From NCBI GenBank assembly GCA_964514545.1, contig CAZETR010000011.1, forward strand, positions 26,294-90,293: DNA of 64,000 nt, read 5' to 3'. A model generated the notes under the pieces. The model was not told where the DNA came from. It made no database searches and was given only the letters and a program-made list of their open reading frames with translations. This DNA is from an uncultured Gammaproteobacteria bacterium. Lineage in GTDB: Bacteria; Patescibacteriota; Microgenomatia; CAZETR01. Within the stretch, counting starts at the first letter, position 1; every line of letters begins with the position of its first letter. Positions 19,163 through 27,473 of this stretch are shown here, one piece after another. Position numbers and translations under genes: made by a program.

Positions 19163-19671
19163 ATCCCGACCCCCTTTTTGAATGTCATCTGTTGGATATT
19201 AAGCCTACTATAAAATTTCGCCATGAGGTGAAAACAGGCCTCTGCAACGGCTCCTTCTCCTCCCCTTCTCTTGGTTACAAAATCAGCTTGAGTTTTGGTC
19301 TGAGGAAAAGCATTTGCGGGGGCAATTGAGTAAGCCACTGCCTTAAATACTAAGCCATCAAAGATTCCGTCGCCCATATAACAAGTTGACTTGATATCGT
19401 AATTCTCTTTTATCCATGAGACTCTATCAAAGGTGCTGACTAATGTTAGTGGAAAATGCATATCGTCGACTATTCTTTTCTTGGAGATTTCAAATCCTCT
19501 TTTGTCTCCTGAGATCATGTGAATGTTTATTCTATCTTTAATAAGGTTTAGCGCGTCGCTGTCGTCAGGGCCGAAAATTTTATATGCTTTCCCTTTGACA
19601 GAATATAAAAATTGGCCGGTCGTGAGAACTCCGTCCACATCGATAATGAAATTCTTTATTTTTTTCTTCAT
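19153..19671 (-). CDS. HAD-IIIA phosphatase, KdsC-like (3-deoxy-sugar 8/9-phosphate phosphatase family)
   Basis: IIDVDGVLTTG and GDGIFDG motifs of KdsC/NANP-type phosphatases. Confidence 0.8.
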   Translation of the reverse strand: MKKKIKNFIIDVDGVLTTGQFLYSVKGKAYKIFGPDDSDALNLIKDRINIHMISGDKRGFEISKKRIVDDMHFPLTLVSTFDRVSWIKENYDIKSTCYMGDGIFDGLVFKAVAYSIAPANAFPQTKTQADFVTKRRGGEGAVAEACFHLMAKFYSRLNIQQMTFKKGVGIWK

Positions 19672-20498
19672 TGTCCTAATAAGCGCAACATTGCACTTTT
19701 CATTATTTCAAGAGGCGCTTCCTGATCAGTGTAAAGTTCAAATTGTTTGACGGCTTGTAAAAGACACATTACCGTACCCGGAATTACGACTTTATTTCTC
19801 TTTCGGGCTAGTTTTATGAGTAGGGTATCAACTGGGCTAATTACAACCTCGTATATTATTTTGAAATTTTCAACTGCTGGTTCATCCACTGGAGTTTCAC
19901 TAAAATCAGGAGTCATGCCGATGCTGGTGGCATTTATTAGCACATCAGCTGGATATTGGTTTCTGTTATTCCAAGGAATAAAAGAATACCCTCTTTTAAG
20001 AGCGAGGTCGTGAGCCTTTTGATAGGTTCGATTGCAGATGCTAACGTCAGTGACACCCAGATGTTTAAGGGCAGCAGTTATTGCAAGGGAGACACCGCCA
20101 GCTCCCAAAACTAATACTTTTTTCCTTTCGATACTCCCTATTCCCTTCAGAGCCTCTGTTGCACCGAAAAAGTCTGTGTTGTAACCAATTAACATTCCGT
20201 TTTCATTGACGATAGTGTTCATGGCTCCAACTTCAATGGCGCTGGTGTCTAGCCTATCCATGTAGTTCAATGCGTCTACCTTAAACGGCATAGACACTCC
20301 GCATCCTCTTATTCCAAGTGCCCTTATACCGTGAATAGCATCTCTCAAATTATTCCCAGTCGGCTCGAGGCCTCGAGCAAGGTAGATCGCGTTTATGCCC
20401 AATGACTCAAACCCGGCATTATGTACAGTTGTCCCGAAATCGCTCGGTCTTTGGGCAAGTGACATGCAAATAATGGTTTCTTTGGTAATGCTAGACAT
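19668..20498 (-). CDS. Shikimate/quinate dehydrogenase (AroE)-family oxidoreductase
   Basis: GAMNTIVNENGMLIGYNTDFFG and VLVLGAGGVSLAI Rossmann segments are typical of AroE. Confidence 0.8.
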   Translation of the reverse strand: MSSITKETIICMSLAQRPSDFGTTVHNAGFESLGINAIYLARGLEPTGNNLRDAIHGIRALGIRGCGVSMPFKVDALNYMDRLDTSAIEVGAMNTIVNENGMLIGYNTDFFGATEALKGIGSIERKKVLVLGAGGVSLAITAALKHLGVTDVSICNRTYQKAHDLALKRGYSFIPWNNRNQYPADVLINATSIGMTPDFSETPVDEPAVENFKIIYEVVISPVDTLLIKLARKRNKVVIPGTVMCLLQAVKQFELYTDQEAPLEIMKSAMLRLLGQ

Positions 20499-21900
20499 AT
20501 AAAGATTTGGTTAGCATTAATTTTCCTAGATGATGGAGAAAAAAATTGAATGGTTCATGGTGTAAGGGAGACATGTTGATAAATATAATTCCTGTTAGTA
20601 ACTGGATCTTCGTTTTATCATATTTTCTGGCTTTGATAAATTCCCGAAATTCATCCCTTGCCTGATGTAAATACGGCGGGGGCTGAAGACTAATTTCTAC
20701 GCTACTGTCAGCCTGGGAAAAAGCAAATTTATTTTTCTTGATCGAACTATAAGGAATAATTAACCCTCCATAGAGTTTGGCCAGATCGTAATAAATATCA
20801 CCGTACTCTACTAAACCGGCAAAACTTTCCCGCCAGTCCAGAAGAATAAACTCAGAACTTCCATTTGGAACAAATAATACGTTGTCAAATTGTAGATCGC
20901 CATGAAACCTGACTGGTGTACCATGACAGAGATAATCCCAATCGACCAATTCGATTAATTCATTTAGGGTAGGTGTTTGTTCTCCGTTAACTTGAGTTTG
21001 AATATCTTTGTGCGAAACTGTATTCCAGTAATTATGTATTCGTTCGTTAGTTTTATTTTTATAGAATTTAACGCAGGCTTGGAAAAAATCTACCGTTTGA
21101 CCATCGGCAAGAAGTGGTTTTTGTGTATCCCAGAGGTGAGATGAGCACCACCACAAAAATCGATTTGTCAGTCCAGGAGATAAACATTCATACATCGTTT
21201 TGCCTGGTACTTTTTTATATGAATAATAATTAGCACCCACTCTGTCCAAGCTTGGAGTTAACCCGTTTAAGAATTTGATTCTTTCAACTCTTGCTTTTAC
21301 GATCTTTTCGTCCTGAAAATATTTGACAACCATGTTTTCCGGAAAGTAAATCGCCTCTTCGGGTTTGGAGAAATCGAACTCTTGATCGTTGTCATTTTTA
21401 AGGTAATTTCTGGCTTGAAGCAACTTATCTGGCTCAGATAAATTTAGATAATCGATAGCGATATCTTCATAATTTGCTTTTACTGTATCTAGTGATTTTT
21501 TTTGTTTTATTGCGTTCCAAAATGACAGATGGTCGAATACGTGAATAATTGGTTCAGATGTCCAATTGCGGTCTTCGTTGAGTGAACTGGTGTTTAGAAA
21601 ATAATTTCCAAAGACAATAAAAAACGGTGTTGTGAGCTGGTTTCTTAGTTTTAGAAGCTCTTGGGAGGTGCCGAAAATATTACCAAGATCGGTAGATGCC
21701 CTAATTACTATGATTTTTTTGTCTGGATGGGCACATAGCAAATAATCCTCCAAAAGTTTCGCATCTTTGCCGGTTATAACAATTATCTCCTCCAGCTGGG
21801 AAAAGATCGATATTTGATGAGAAATTAGAGGAATCCTTCCAAGCGAGGTTAACGATCTGACGGTATTTGAAGGAGAGATGAAGACTGCTTTTTTTGTCAC
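20491..21900 (-). CDS. Fusion: N-terminal MobA-like nucleotidyltransferase domain plus C-terminal APH/choline-kinase-like phosphotransferase
   Basis: C-terminal HGDLQFDNVL catalytic loop and LLDWRE. The N-terminal ~110 aa is a small nucleotidyltransferase-like fold. Architecture resembles LicA/LicC-type kinase plus cytidylyltransferase pairs. Confidence 0.6.
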   Translation of the reverse strand: MTKKAVFISPSNTVRSLTSLGRIPLISHQISIFSQLEEIIVITGKDAKLLEDYLLCAHPDKKIIVIRASTDLGNIFGTSQELLKLRNQLTTPFFIVFGNYFLNTSSLNEDRNWTSEPIIHVFDHLSFWNAIKQKKSLDTVKANYEDIAIDYLNLSEPDKLLQARNYLKNDNDQEFDFSKPEEAIYFPENMVVKYFQDEKIVKARVERIKFLNGLTPSLDRVGANYYSYKKVPGKTMYECLSPGLTNRFLWWCSSHLWDTQKPLLADGQTVDFFQACVKFYKNKTNERIHNYWNTVSHKDIQTQVNGEQTPTLNELIELVDWDYLCHGTPVRFHGDLQFDNVLFVPNGSSEFILLDWRESFAGLVEYGDIYYDLAKLYGGLIIPYSSIKKNKFAFSQADSSVEISLQPPPYLHQARDEFREFIKARKYDKTKIQLLTGIIFINMSPLHHEPFNFFLHHLGKLMLTKSLYV

Positions 21901-21934
21901 AGATTAAGGTGAATTACGGGCAGTCTGAAAAAAC

Positions 21935-22435
21935 TTATATTTTTCGATGTTCCTGTTCGATTCGCCCGTTCGGGCGATCAGTATCGTCCTGAATTCGAAT
22001 AACGTCATCAAGTTGTGGCGAGGAAGCTTCGATTAAAATTAGATCTGTTAAAGCTTCTATCCTGTGTACGCCCGGGGGATTAACGTAGATTATGTGGCCC
22101 GGTCCGAGTTCTTGCGATGACACAATCTCACCAGTATCTTTATCTTCGTAATATAATATTGCTTTCCCGCTAAGTATAAAATTGTGTTCTCGCTTTTCTT
22201 TGTGATATTGGAGGCTTGTCTTTGTACCATTTTTAAGGCCTATTATTTTGAATGCGTACGAACCCTCACTGCCATCGGCAATCCAGATTTCAAAACCCCA
22301 CGGTTTTATTACTAATTTTGCTTGGGCTAAATTAAAAATTTGAAGTTCTTCGGGAAGGTTATCGGGATAAAGTTCATGTCTTCCTGTTCGTGTAAAGTTA
22401 ACAATCTGTTCAAACATTTTAATTTCTGCGCTCAT
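21935..22435 (-). CDS. Cupin-2 protein resembling the type II phosphomannose isomerase (ManC C-terminal) domain
   Basis: KPWGFEIWIA...FKII...GTKTSLQYHKEKREHNFILSGKA parallels RPWG...VKRI...LSLQMHHHRAEHW. Confidence 0.6.
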   Translation of the reverse strand: MSAEIKMFEQIVNFTRTGRHELYPDNLPEELQIFNLAQAKLVIKPWGFEIWIADGSEGSYAFKIIGLKNGTKTSLQYHKEKREHNFILSGKAILYYEDKDTGEIVSSQELGPGHIIYVNPPGVHRIEALTDLILIEASSPQLDDVIRIQDDTDRPNGRIEQEHRKI

Positions 22436-22501
22436 CTTGATTTGATATCTTTCTGGAGTTTTATATACTACTCAGCTACCGAGTGTCAATAATTTCTTGG
22501 C

Positions 22502-23371
22502 TCATTTGCCGAGATTCCTTACGGGAGTTGTGTGTTTGTATATACCACGACTAACTAGTGAGTATCTTGGGACACCTTGGTCATCATCGATGGAGGCAAA
22601 TAATTCTCTTGTTGGGAGCGAAAGGCGGAGTGGTAATATGTCAATCCGGCTGGGATCTTTTTCTAATTCAAACGGGGCCTCGTGCGTGTAGCGGCTAAGT
22701 TTATAGCCTAATAGGCTGTTTAGGAATTGGAATGGACTTTGGGGGTTTACTTTGAACCCTATTCTATTTATAAGAGCTGAGAGCGTGAATATTGGTCGAG
22801 ATAGCGTGGGTGACCATTTGTTTATATCCTTTTTCATCATTGCGATTAGGAACTCCTTTCTAAATATTCCCAAAAGGGAAATTAGGTAATAAGAATGTCC
22901 AGATTTTCTAATAGCAACCCAGTCTTTTATTCTCAGTACAGCGGTATCTGAGTACGTCTGGTGATTAAATTTCACCCCACTGAATGACTTTTTGAATCTG
23001 CCGAAGTGCCACCAAGATATGGGGAGATAATCGCTTCTACTTTTCTGCATTTCTTGGACTAGGTTTTTATATATCGTTTGCGGAGCTAAGTTAAGGTGGT
23101 CCTCGTTCCAAATAAGAATGTAGTTATGTTTGGCTTTTTGGATCATTTCCAAGGCGTTATTAATCCAACCGTTAGCGTCATTTAGAAGCTGGAAGAGTAT
23201 CATTCTGGGACCGAGCTGTTTTTTTAAATATTCTATTGCCTGATCTCTATATGGACCTCGGACATTTATTAACCAGTTGTCACTGACTTTGTCGAATGAC
23301 TTAAATGAATCTTTTAAGTGTTGAAGTTTATCTGGACTGTTTATTTTTAGATTTCCAAGAATTGTTAGCAT
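22502..23371 (-). CDS. Hypothetical protein (possibly GT-A-like)
   Basis: 289-aa soluble ORF immediately downstream of wzt. Contains NEDH; no secure family. Confidence 0.4.
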   Translation of the reverse strand: MLTILGNLKINSPDKLQHLKDSFKSFDKVSDNWLINVRGPYRDQAIEYLKKQLGPRMILFQLLNDANGWINNALEMIQKAKHNYILIWNEDHLNLAPQTIYKNLVQEMQKSRSDYLPISWWHFGRFKKSFSGVKFNHQTYSDTAVLRIKDWVAIRKSGHSYYLISLLGIFRKEFLIAMMKKDINKWSPTLSRPIFTLSALINRIGFKVNPQSPFQFLNSLLGYKLSRYTHEAPFELEKDPSRIDILPLRLSLPTRELFASIDDDQGVPRYSLVSRGIYKHTTPVRNLGK

Positions 23372-23374
23372 TAC

Positions 23375-24607
23375 TTAACTTATTTGATAATTAAGGAGAA
23401 GGCTGCCTTCTGATTGCAGTGGCAATTGTCCGGTTTTGTAGTAATCACCAAACTCTACACTGAAGTTGCCTGCTTTTTGCACCCAGTCCAGGATGTCGCC
23501 ATTTTGGTCTACTGTGATGAGGGTAAATTGATATCTTCCAGGGGTTAATGGAAGATTGCTGATTTTAACCTTTATCACGCCGTCGGATGTACTTATATGT
23601 TGGTTAAAGATTTTATTGCTTATAAAGGCAATTCGGTTTTGCGAAACAAAATCGTCTATGCTAAGGGCAAAATCGATTTTTTTGACAGCCGGGTCAATTA
23701 TATTAAACTCTATCCAGAAGTAGGCGTCCTCCCCGCTTCTAAAGAAATTGACACTCTTTCCTAGGCTGTCTTTGAAAAACACGCGGGTAATTCTTAGCCT
23801 ACCACTTCCCTGTCTGTCTTTTCGATCTTTAAGAGAAATCTTACTTGTTTCGCCCGACATTTTCAGATACTCGGCAATTACTTTGCGTGAATCACCCGAT
23901 TTGACTAATTTTCCTTTGGAGAGGAGCAGTGATCTGGGACAGAGTGATTGAATCGCGCTCATGTTGTGGCTTACAAAAATTACTGTTCTTCCGCTTTTGG
24001 CAACGTCCTGCATCTTGCCGATACTTTTTTTCTGGAACCTGGCATCTCCTACTGCCAATACTTCGTCAACCAGTAGAATTTCCGATTCTAAAAATGCGGC
24101 GATTGAAAATGCTAGGCGAGTATACATGCCTGAGGAATAGTGTTTCACGGGTGTATCCAAAAATTTTTGGATCTCGGAAAAATTCACTATATCGTTGTAT
24201 TTCTTTTTAATTTCCGTTCTACTCATTCCGAGGATTGATCCATTTAGGAAAATATTTTCTTTTCCGGTTAATTCCGGATGAAAACCGGTTCCCACCTCCA
24301 GTAAACTGGCTACTCGCCCGCGAAGATTAATTTGTCCCTGTGTTGGGGGTGTTATCTGGCTGAGTACTTTTAAGAGTGTACTTTTGCCTGCTCCGTTTCC
24401 GCCGATTACTCCTAGCACCTCTCCTTGACCTACGTTGAAAGATACATTTTTCAAGGCCCAAAGGGATATGGCGGGAGCCTTTAGAATTGGCTGAATTTGT
24501 GGAAATTTGATAATTTTAGCAATCGAATCCCGAAGTGCGTGATATGGCTGACGCTCCCCCAGGGCATATTCTTTGGATAAATTTTTGACTTCTATGATTG
24601 GCTCCAT
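23375..24607 (-). CDS. wzt: ABC transporter ATP-binding protein Wzt/TagH-type with C-terminal carbohydrate-binding extension
   Basis: Walker A GGNGAGKST, signature YSSGMYTRLAF, Walker B ILLVDE. A ~160-aa β-rich C-terminal extension resembles Wzt_C. Confidence 0.9.
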   Translation of the reverse strand: MEPIIEVKNLSKEYALGERQPYHALRDSIAKIIKFPQIQPILKAPAISLWALKNVSFNVGQGEVLGVIGGNGAGKSTLLKVLSQITPPTQGQINLRGRVASLLEVGTGFHPELTGKENIFLNGSILGMSRTEIKKKYNDIVNFSEIQKFLDTPVKHYSSGMYTRLAFSIAAFLESEILLVDEVLAVGDARFQKKSIGKMQDVAKSGRTVIFVSHNMSAIQSLCPRSLLLSKGKLVKSGDSRKVIAEYLKMSGETSKISLKDRKDRQGSGRLRITRVFFKDSLGKSVNFFRSGEDAYFWIEFNIIDPAVKKIDFALSIDDFVSQNRIAFISNKIFNQHISTSDGVIKVKISNLPLTPGRYQFTLITVDQNGDILDWVQKAGNFSVEFGDYYKTGQLPLQSEGSLLLNYQIS

Positions 24608-24613
24608 TTTGGG

Positions 24614-25429
24614 TCAGATGATGTCTGCTATATATTTTTCTGTGTGTTTGAAGTAAGCAAGTCCTGAGGCAAAAATTATGACAGCTGAAGTTATGGATGT
24701 AATAATAACCGGCCAATTAAGAATCACTGTCCCGGACAATGCCTCTCTGGATGAATCAATGACTGCGGTCATGGGATTTAGCGCCATAATTAATTTATTT
24801 GTGGAGCTGACAATACTTAAGGGATATATCACGGGAGTGACAAATAGCAGAATTTGAATAAAGAATGGAAGGATATACCTAACGTCGCGAAATCGAACGT
24901 TTAGAGCGCTGGTAAATAAGCTAAGTCCGGCAGAGGTTACGGTGGTTAGCAGAATTGCAAGTGGAATAATCAATATCGCGTAGATAGATGGCGTGAATTT
25001 TAGTACCAGGGAATAGAGTATTAATATAATAAGATTAATGGTGAAGTCTACAAAGCTGACAAGTATGGATGATAGCGGGAGAAAAATCTTGGGAAAATAG
25101 ACTTTTTTGATCAGATTTTCATTTTCAATCAAAGAATTACTGGCATGGCTGAGTACCCCCGAAAAAAAATTCCAGAAAACTAATCCCCCTAGAACAAAAA
25201 GCGAGTATGGCAATTTACCTGAGGAAATGCGAGCTAATTTTCCGAAGAAAACAGTGAATATAATCATGGTTGTAACGGGTTGAAAAACTGTCCATGCAAT
25301 CCCCAGGAAAGTTTGCTTATATCTAACTTTTATATCTCTCCAGGCGAAAATAAAAAATAGTTCCCGAAACCGCCACAGTTCTTTCCAGTCAATATTCCAC
25401 CAATTATTGCGGGGAGTAATTGTAATCAT
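24614..25429 (-). CDS. wzm: ABC-2 type polysaccharide export permease Wzm
   Basis: REL...RDIKVRYKQTFLGIAWTVFQP ABC-2 signature, six predicted TM helices, ATGA-coupled to wzt. Confidence 0.85.
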   Translation of the reverse strand: MITITPRNNWWNIDWKELWRFRELFFIFAWRDIKVRYKQTFLGIAWTVFQPVTTMIIFTVFFGKLARISSGKLPYSLFVLGGLVFWNFFSGVLSHASNSLIENENLIKKVYFPKIFLPLSSILVSFVDFTINLIILILYSLVLKFTPSIYAILIIPLAILLTTVTSAGLSLFTSALNVRFRDVRYILPFFIQILLFVTPVIYPLSIVSSTNKLIMALNPMTAVIDSSREALSGTVILNWPVIITSITSAVIIFASGLAYFKHTEKYIADII

Positions 25430-27471
25430 GTGCCCTGGGGGTTAAGCAAGTAGAGATTTTTAATTATCATGCTTGAGTTGCATATTAACAAATTTCTTAT
25501 TTCGAGGCGATAAAGAGAGTAGTCTTCTTTTCGACTGATGTTTAGGTTAATTGGTTTTCTGCATTTTTCCCTATCGGCAAAATATAGCATTTTGTTTTCT
25601 GCAACGAGATGTTTTAGTTCCTCCATTGGGGTGGCCTCGTAAAAGTCAAGAGGTAGAAGTTCGCAATTTACATTAAATATGTGTGTCCACCCATCTTCGG
25701 CTTTTCTAATTACATCTTCATCAGCCAGGAATAATTCCTTTTTTCCTAAAGTGCCGCACCACTTGTAAATATCCCCGGTCACTCTGTGTCTGTCTTTTAA
25801 CCAATCGTAGATATCTGTTTTGCCTAAGGCGTAGCGGATCTCTTGGGGGGAAATATATGATTTCAGTGAGTAGATTCTTTTAACATTGAAGGCAAAAAAA
25901 TACCCGGCGAATAAAAATAAAACCACTGAATATACTTTGTTTAGTTTCTTTAGACTTCTAGATTTAGAATGAAGCGATAAGGGAATAGTTAGTAGTAGAG
26001 CCAGAACTATCTGCAGAAAGTAAAAGTATCTATCAACATATCCGGTAAAATATTTGATGACAACGAAAGAGAGAGTTGAGCATGAGAGCAAAAACAGAGC
26101 TATTTTGATGGTAGGTAATCGCCGGCTCTTGAGAATTAATAATAATGCAGGAATTAAGAGTAATAGATAGATCGAGTGTCCCTTGGTTATCCCTATTGCC
26201 AGTTGAGGTAAATAAGAAAAGGAAATAGGAATGGTAGCTCCAAAAATGCTATTTGTAACCGAACAGAGTGCCTGATCGCATTTAAATACATTTCCCAGAA
26301 ATGGAAAAATTGGGTTTCCGGTAAGTGCCAAGTTTTTGAGGTACCAAAATCCTCCAAAAAAGACGAGTAGGGAAATAAGCTTAAGAATACTGCTTGGCTT
26401 TAGAATTTTAGAAAACCTCGTCACAAATTTCGCACTTTCTTCTTTGCCTGCGGGTCCTGTCGCGAGTTGTCCTTCCCGCCAGTGCTCGCGGGATTTACCC
26501 GTCTGCGCGCTGTCGGGCGTGCTCGCTGACGCTGTGCCTTGCAGTGCAAGCCTTCCTCTCGCACCACCCGCGTTATTTGTAGACGCAAAACTTATTGCTG
26601 TGTAGGCCAACCAAACCACGAAAATGGTATAGGATGTGGCAAAAGGAACCAGAGATGGATATTTGCTGCCAATAGACATGGCACTAAACACCATACTTGC
26701 GTAAAGGTAATTGGCGGTTTTGGTCAGAATAAACTCAATCATTGTAATCATGCCAAGTACTGTTAGGGCGGCCGTTGAGTAGTCTATATATCCGGAAGTA
26801 GCAACTATTAATAAATCGTGATTTAGAAACAAAAAAATCCAAAGAAACGCAAAAGCTGATAGGTGTGATGTGCGTGATTTAAACCATGCGTAAATGGCGC
26901 TGACGGACGAATAAAAAATCGCAAAATGAAGAAGGCGCGTGGGAGAGTAAGTTTTGGTAAGTGAAAATGGAATCGCAAAAAAAAGGTCTAGTTCTTTCGG
27001 AAGGCTCGGGTGGACGCTTTCATAATCTATTTTCCAGGTTGAGTTGTATGTTTCGTATGGCGACAAGAAGTGATACTGCATCTCGTCCGTGAGATACGGG
27101 GGAAGAGAGCTCTTGACGAGCAAGATCGGAAGAAATATTAGTATGGGCATGATTGATAGCAGATTTGCTTTTATAAAAACCGTGAGTGAGCGCCACTCGC
27201 GGTTTTTTATATAACTTGGTAGAGCAATTATTAGTAACGGAACCAGTGACCAAAGCACATAGTTGGGTCTTATGGGAATAAGAAACCTAAGCCAGAACCA
27301 CTCAAAAACGATTGCCCCTACTCCATAGATCCAGATTGCCGGACGGATAAAACTGGGGGACTTAATGAATTTCTTGTCTATAAATACGCCTAATACGTCA
27401 AAGTATACAAAGAGTCCAAGGGAGATTAACAGAAGGAGGGGCGAGAGGGGCCTGAAGTATTCAGATAACAT
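25426..27471 (-). CDS. Large polytopic membrane protein, PPY-DEM-YH family paralog 1 (putative GT-C-like), with GC-rich in-frame insertion
   Basis: Conserved loop motif SSLPPYLTDEMQYHF, plus LTKTYSPTRLL and SGYIDYST, all shared with 27474..29396 and 33138..34928. Has a soluble C-terminal domain. A ~60-aa low-complexity insert (STNNAGGARGRLALQGTASASTPDSAQTGKSREHW...) is absent from paralog 2. Confidence 0.6.
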   Translation of the reverse strand: MLSEYFRPLSPLLLLISLGLFVYFDVLGVFIDKKFIKSPSFIRPAIWIYGVGAIVFEWFWLRFLIPIRPNYVLWSLVPLLIIALPSYIKNREWRSLTVFIKANLLSIMPILIFLPILLVKSSLPPYLTDEMQYHFLSPYETYNSTWKIDYESVHPSLPKELDLFFAIPFSLTKTYSPTRLLHFAIFYSSVSAIYAWFKSRTSHLSAFAFLWIFLFLNHDLLIVATSGYIDYSTAALTVLGMITMIEFILTKTANYLYASMVFSAMSIGSKYPSLVPFATSYTIFVVWLAYTAISFASTNNAGGARGRLALQGTASASTPDSAQTGKSREHWREGQLATGPAGKEESAKFVTRFSKILKPSSILKLISLLVFFGGFWYLKNLALTGNPIFPFLGNVFKCDQALCSVTNSIFGATIPISFSYLPQLAIGITKGHSIYLLLLIPALLLILKSRRLPTIKIALFLLSCSTLSFVVIKYFTGYVDRYFYFLQIVLALLLTIPLSLHSKSRSLKKLNKVYSVVLFLFAGYFFAFNVKRIYSLKSYISPQEIRYALGKTDIYDWLKDRHRVTGDIYKWCGTLGKKELFLADEDVIRKAEDGWTHIFNVNCELLPLDFYEATPMEELKHLVAENKMLYFADREKCRKPINLNISRKEDYSLYRLEIRNLLICNSSMIIKNLYLLNPQGT
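26445..26572. repeat. GC-rich hairpin-rich island inserted in-frame in a membrane-protein gene
   Basis: About 130 nt of much higher GC than its surroundings. Contains stems CGCGAG/CTCGCG, TCCCGC/GCGGGA and CTTGCA/TGCAAG. Corresponds to the extra loop insert relative to the paralog. Confidence 0.45.
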
Positions 27472-27473
27472 CG

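Noticed and set aside
26336-26766. Plus-strand ORFs 26336..26605 and 26539..26766 inside the GC-rich island
   Set aside because: Open frames are expected by chance in GC-rich sequence. They are antisense to the membrane-protein gene and have no start context or motifs.
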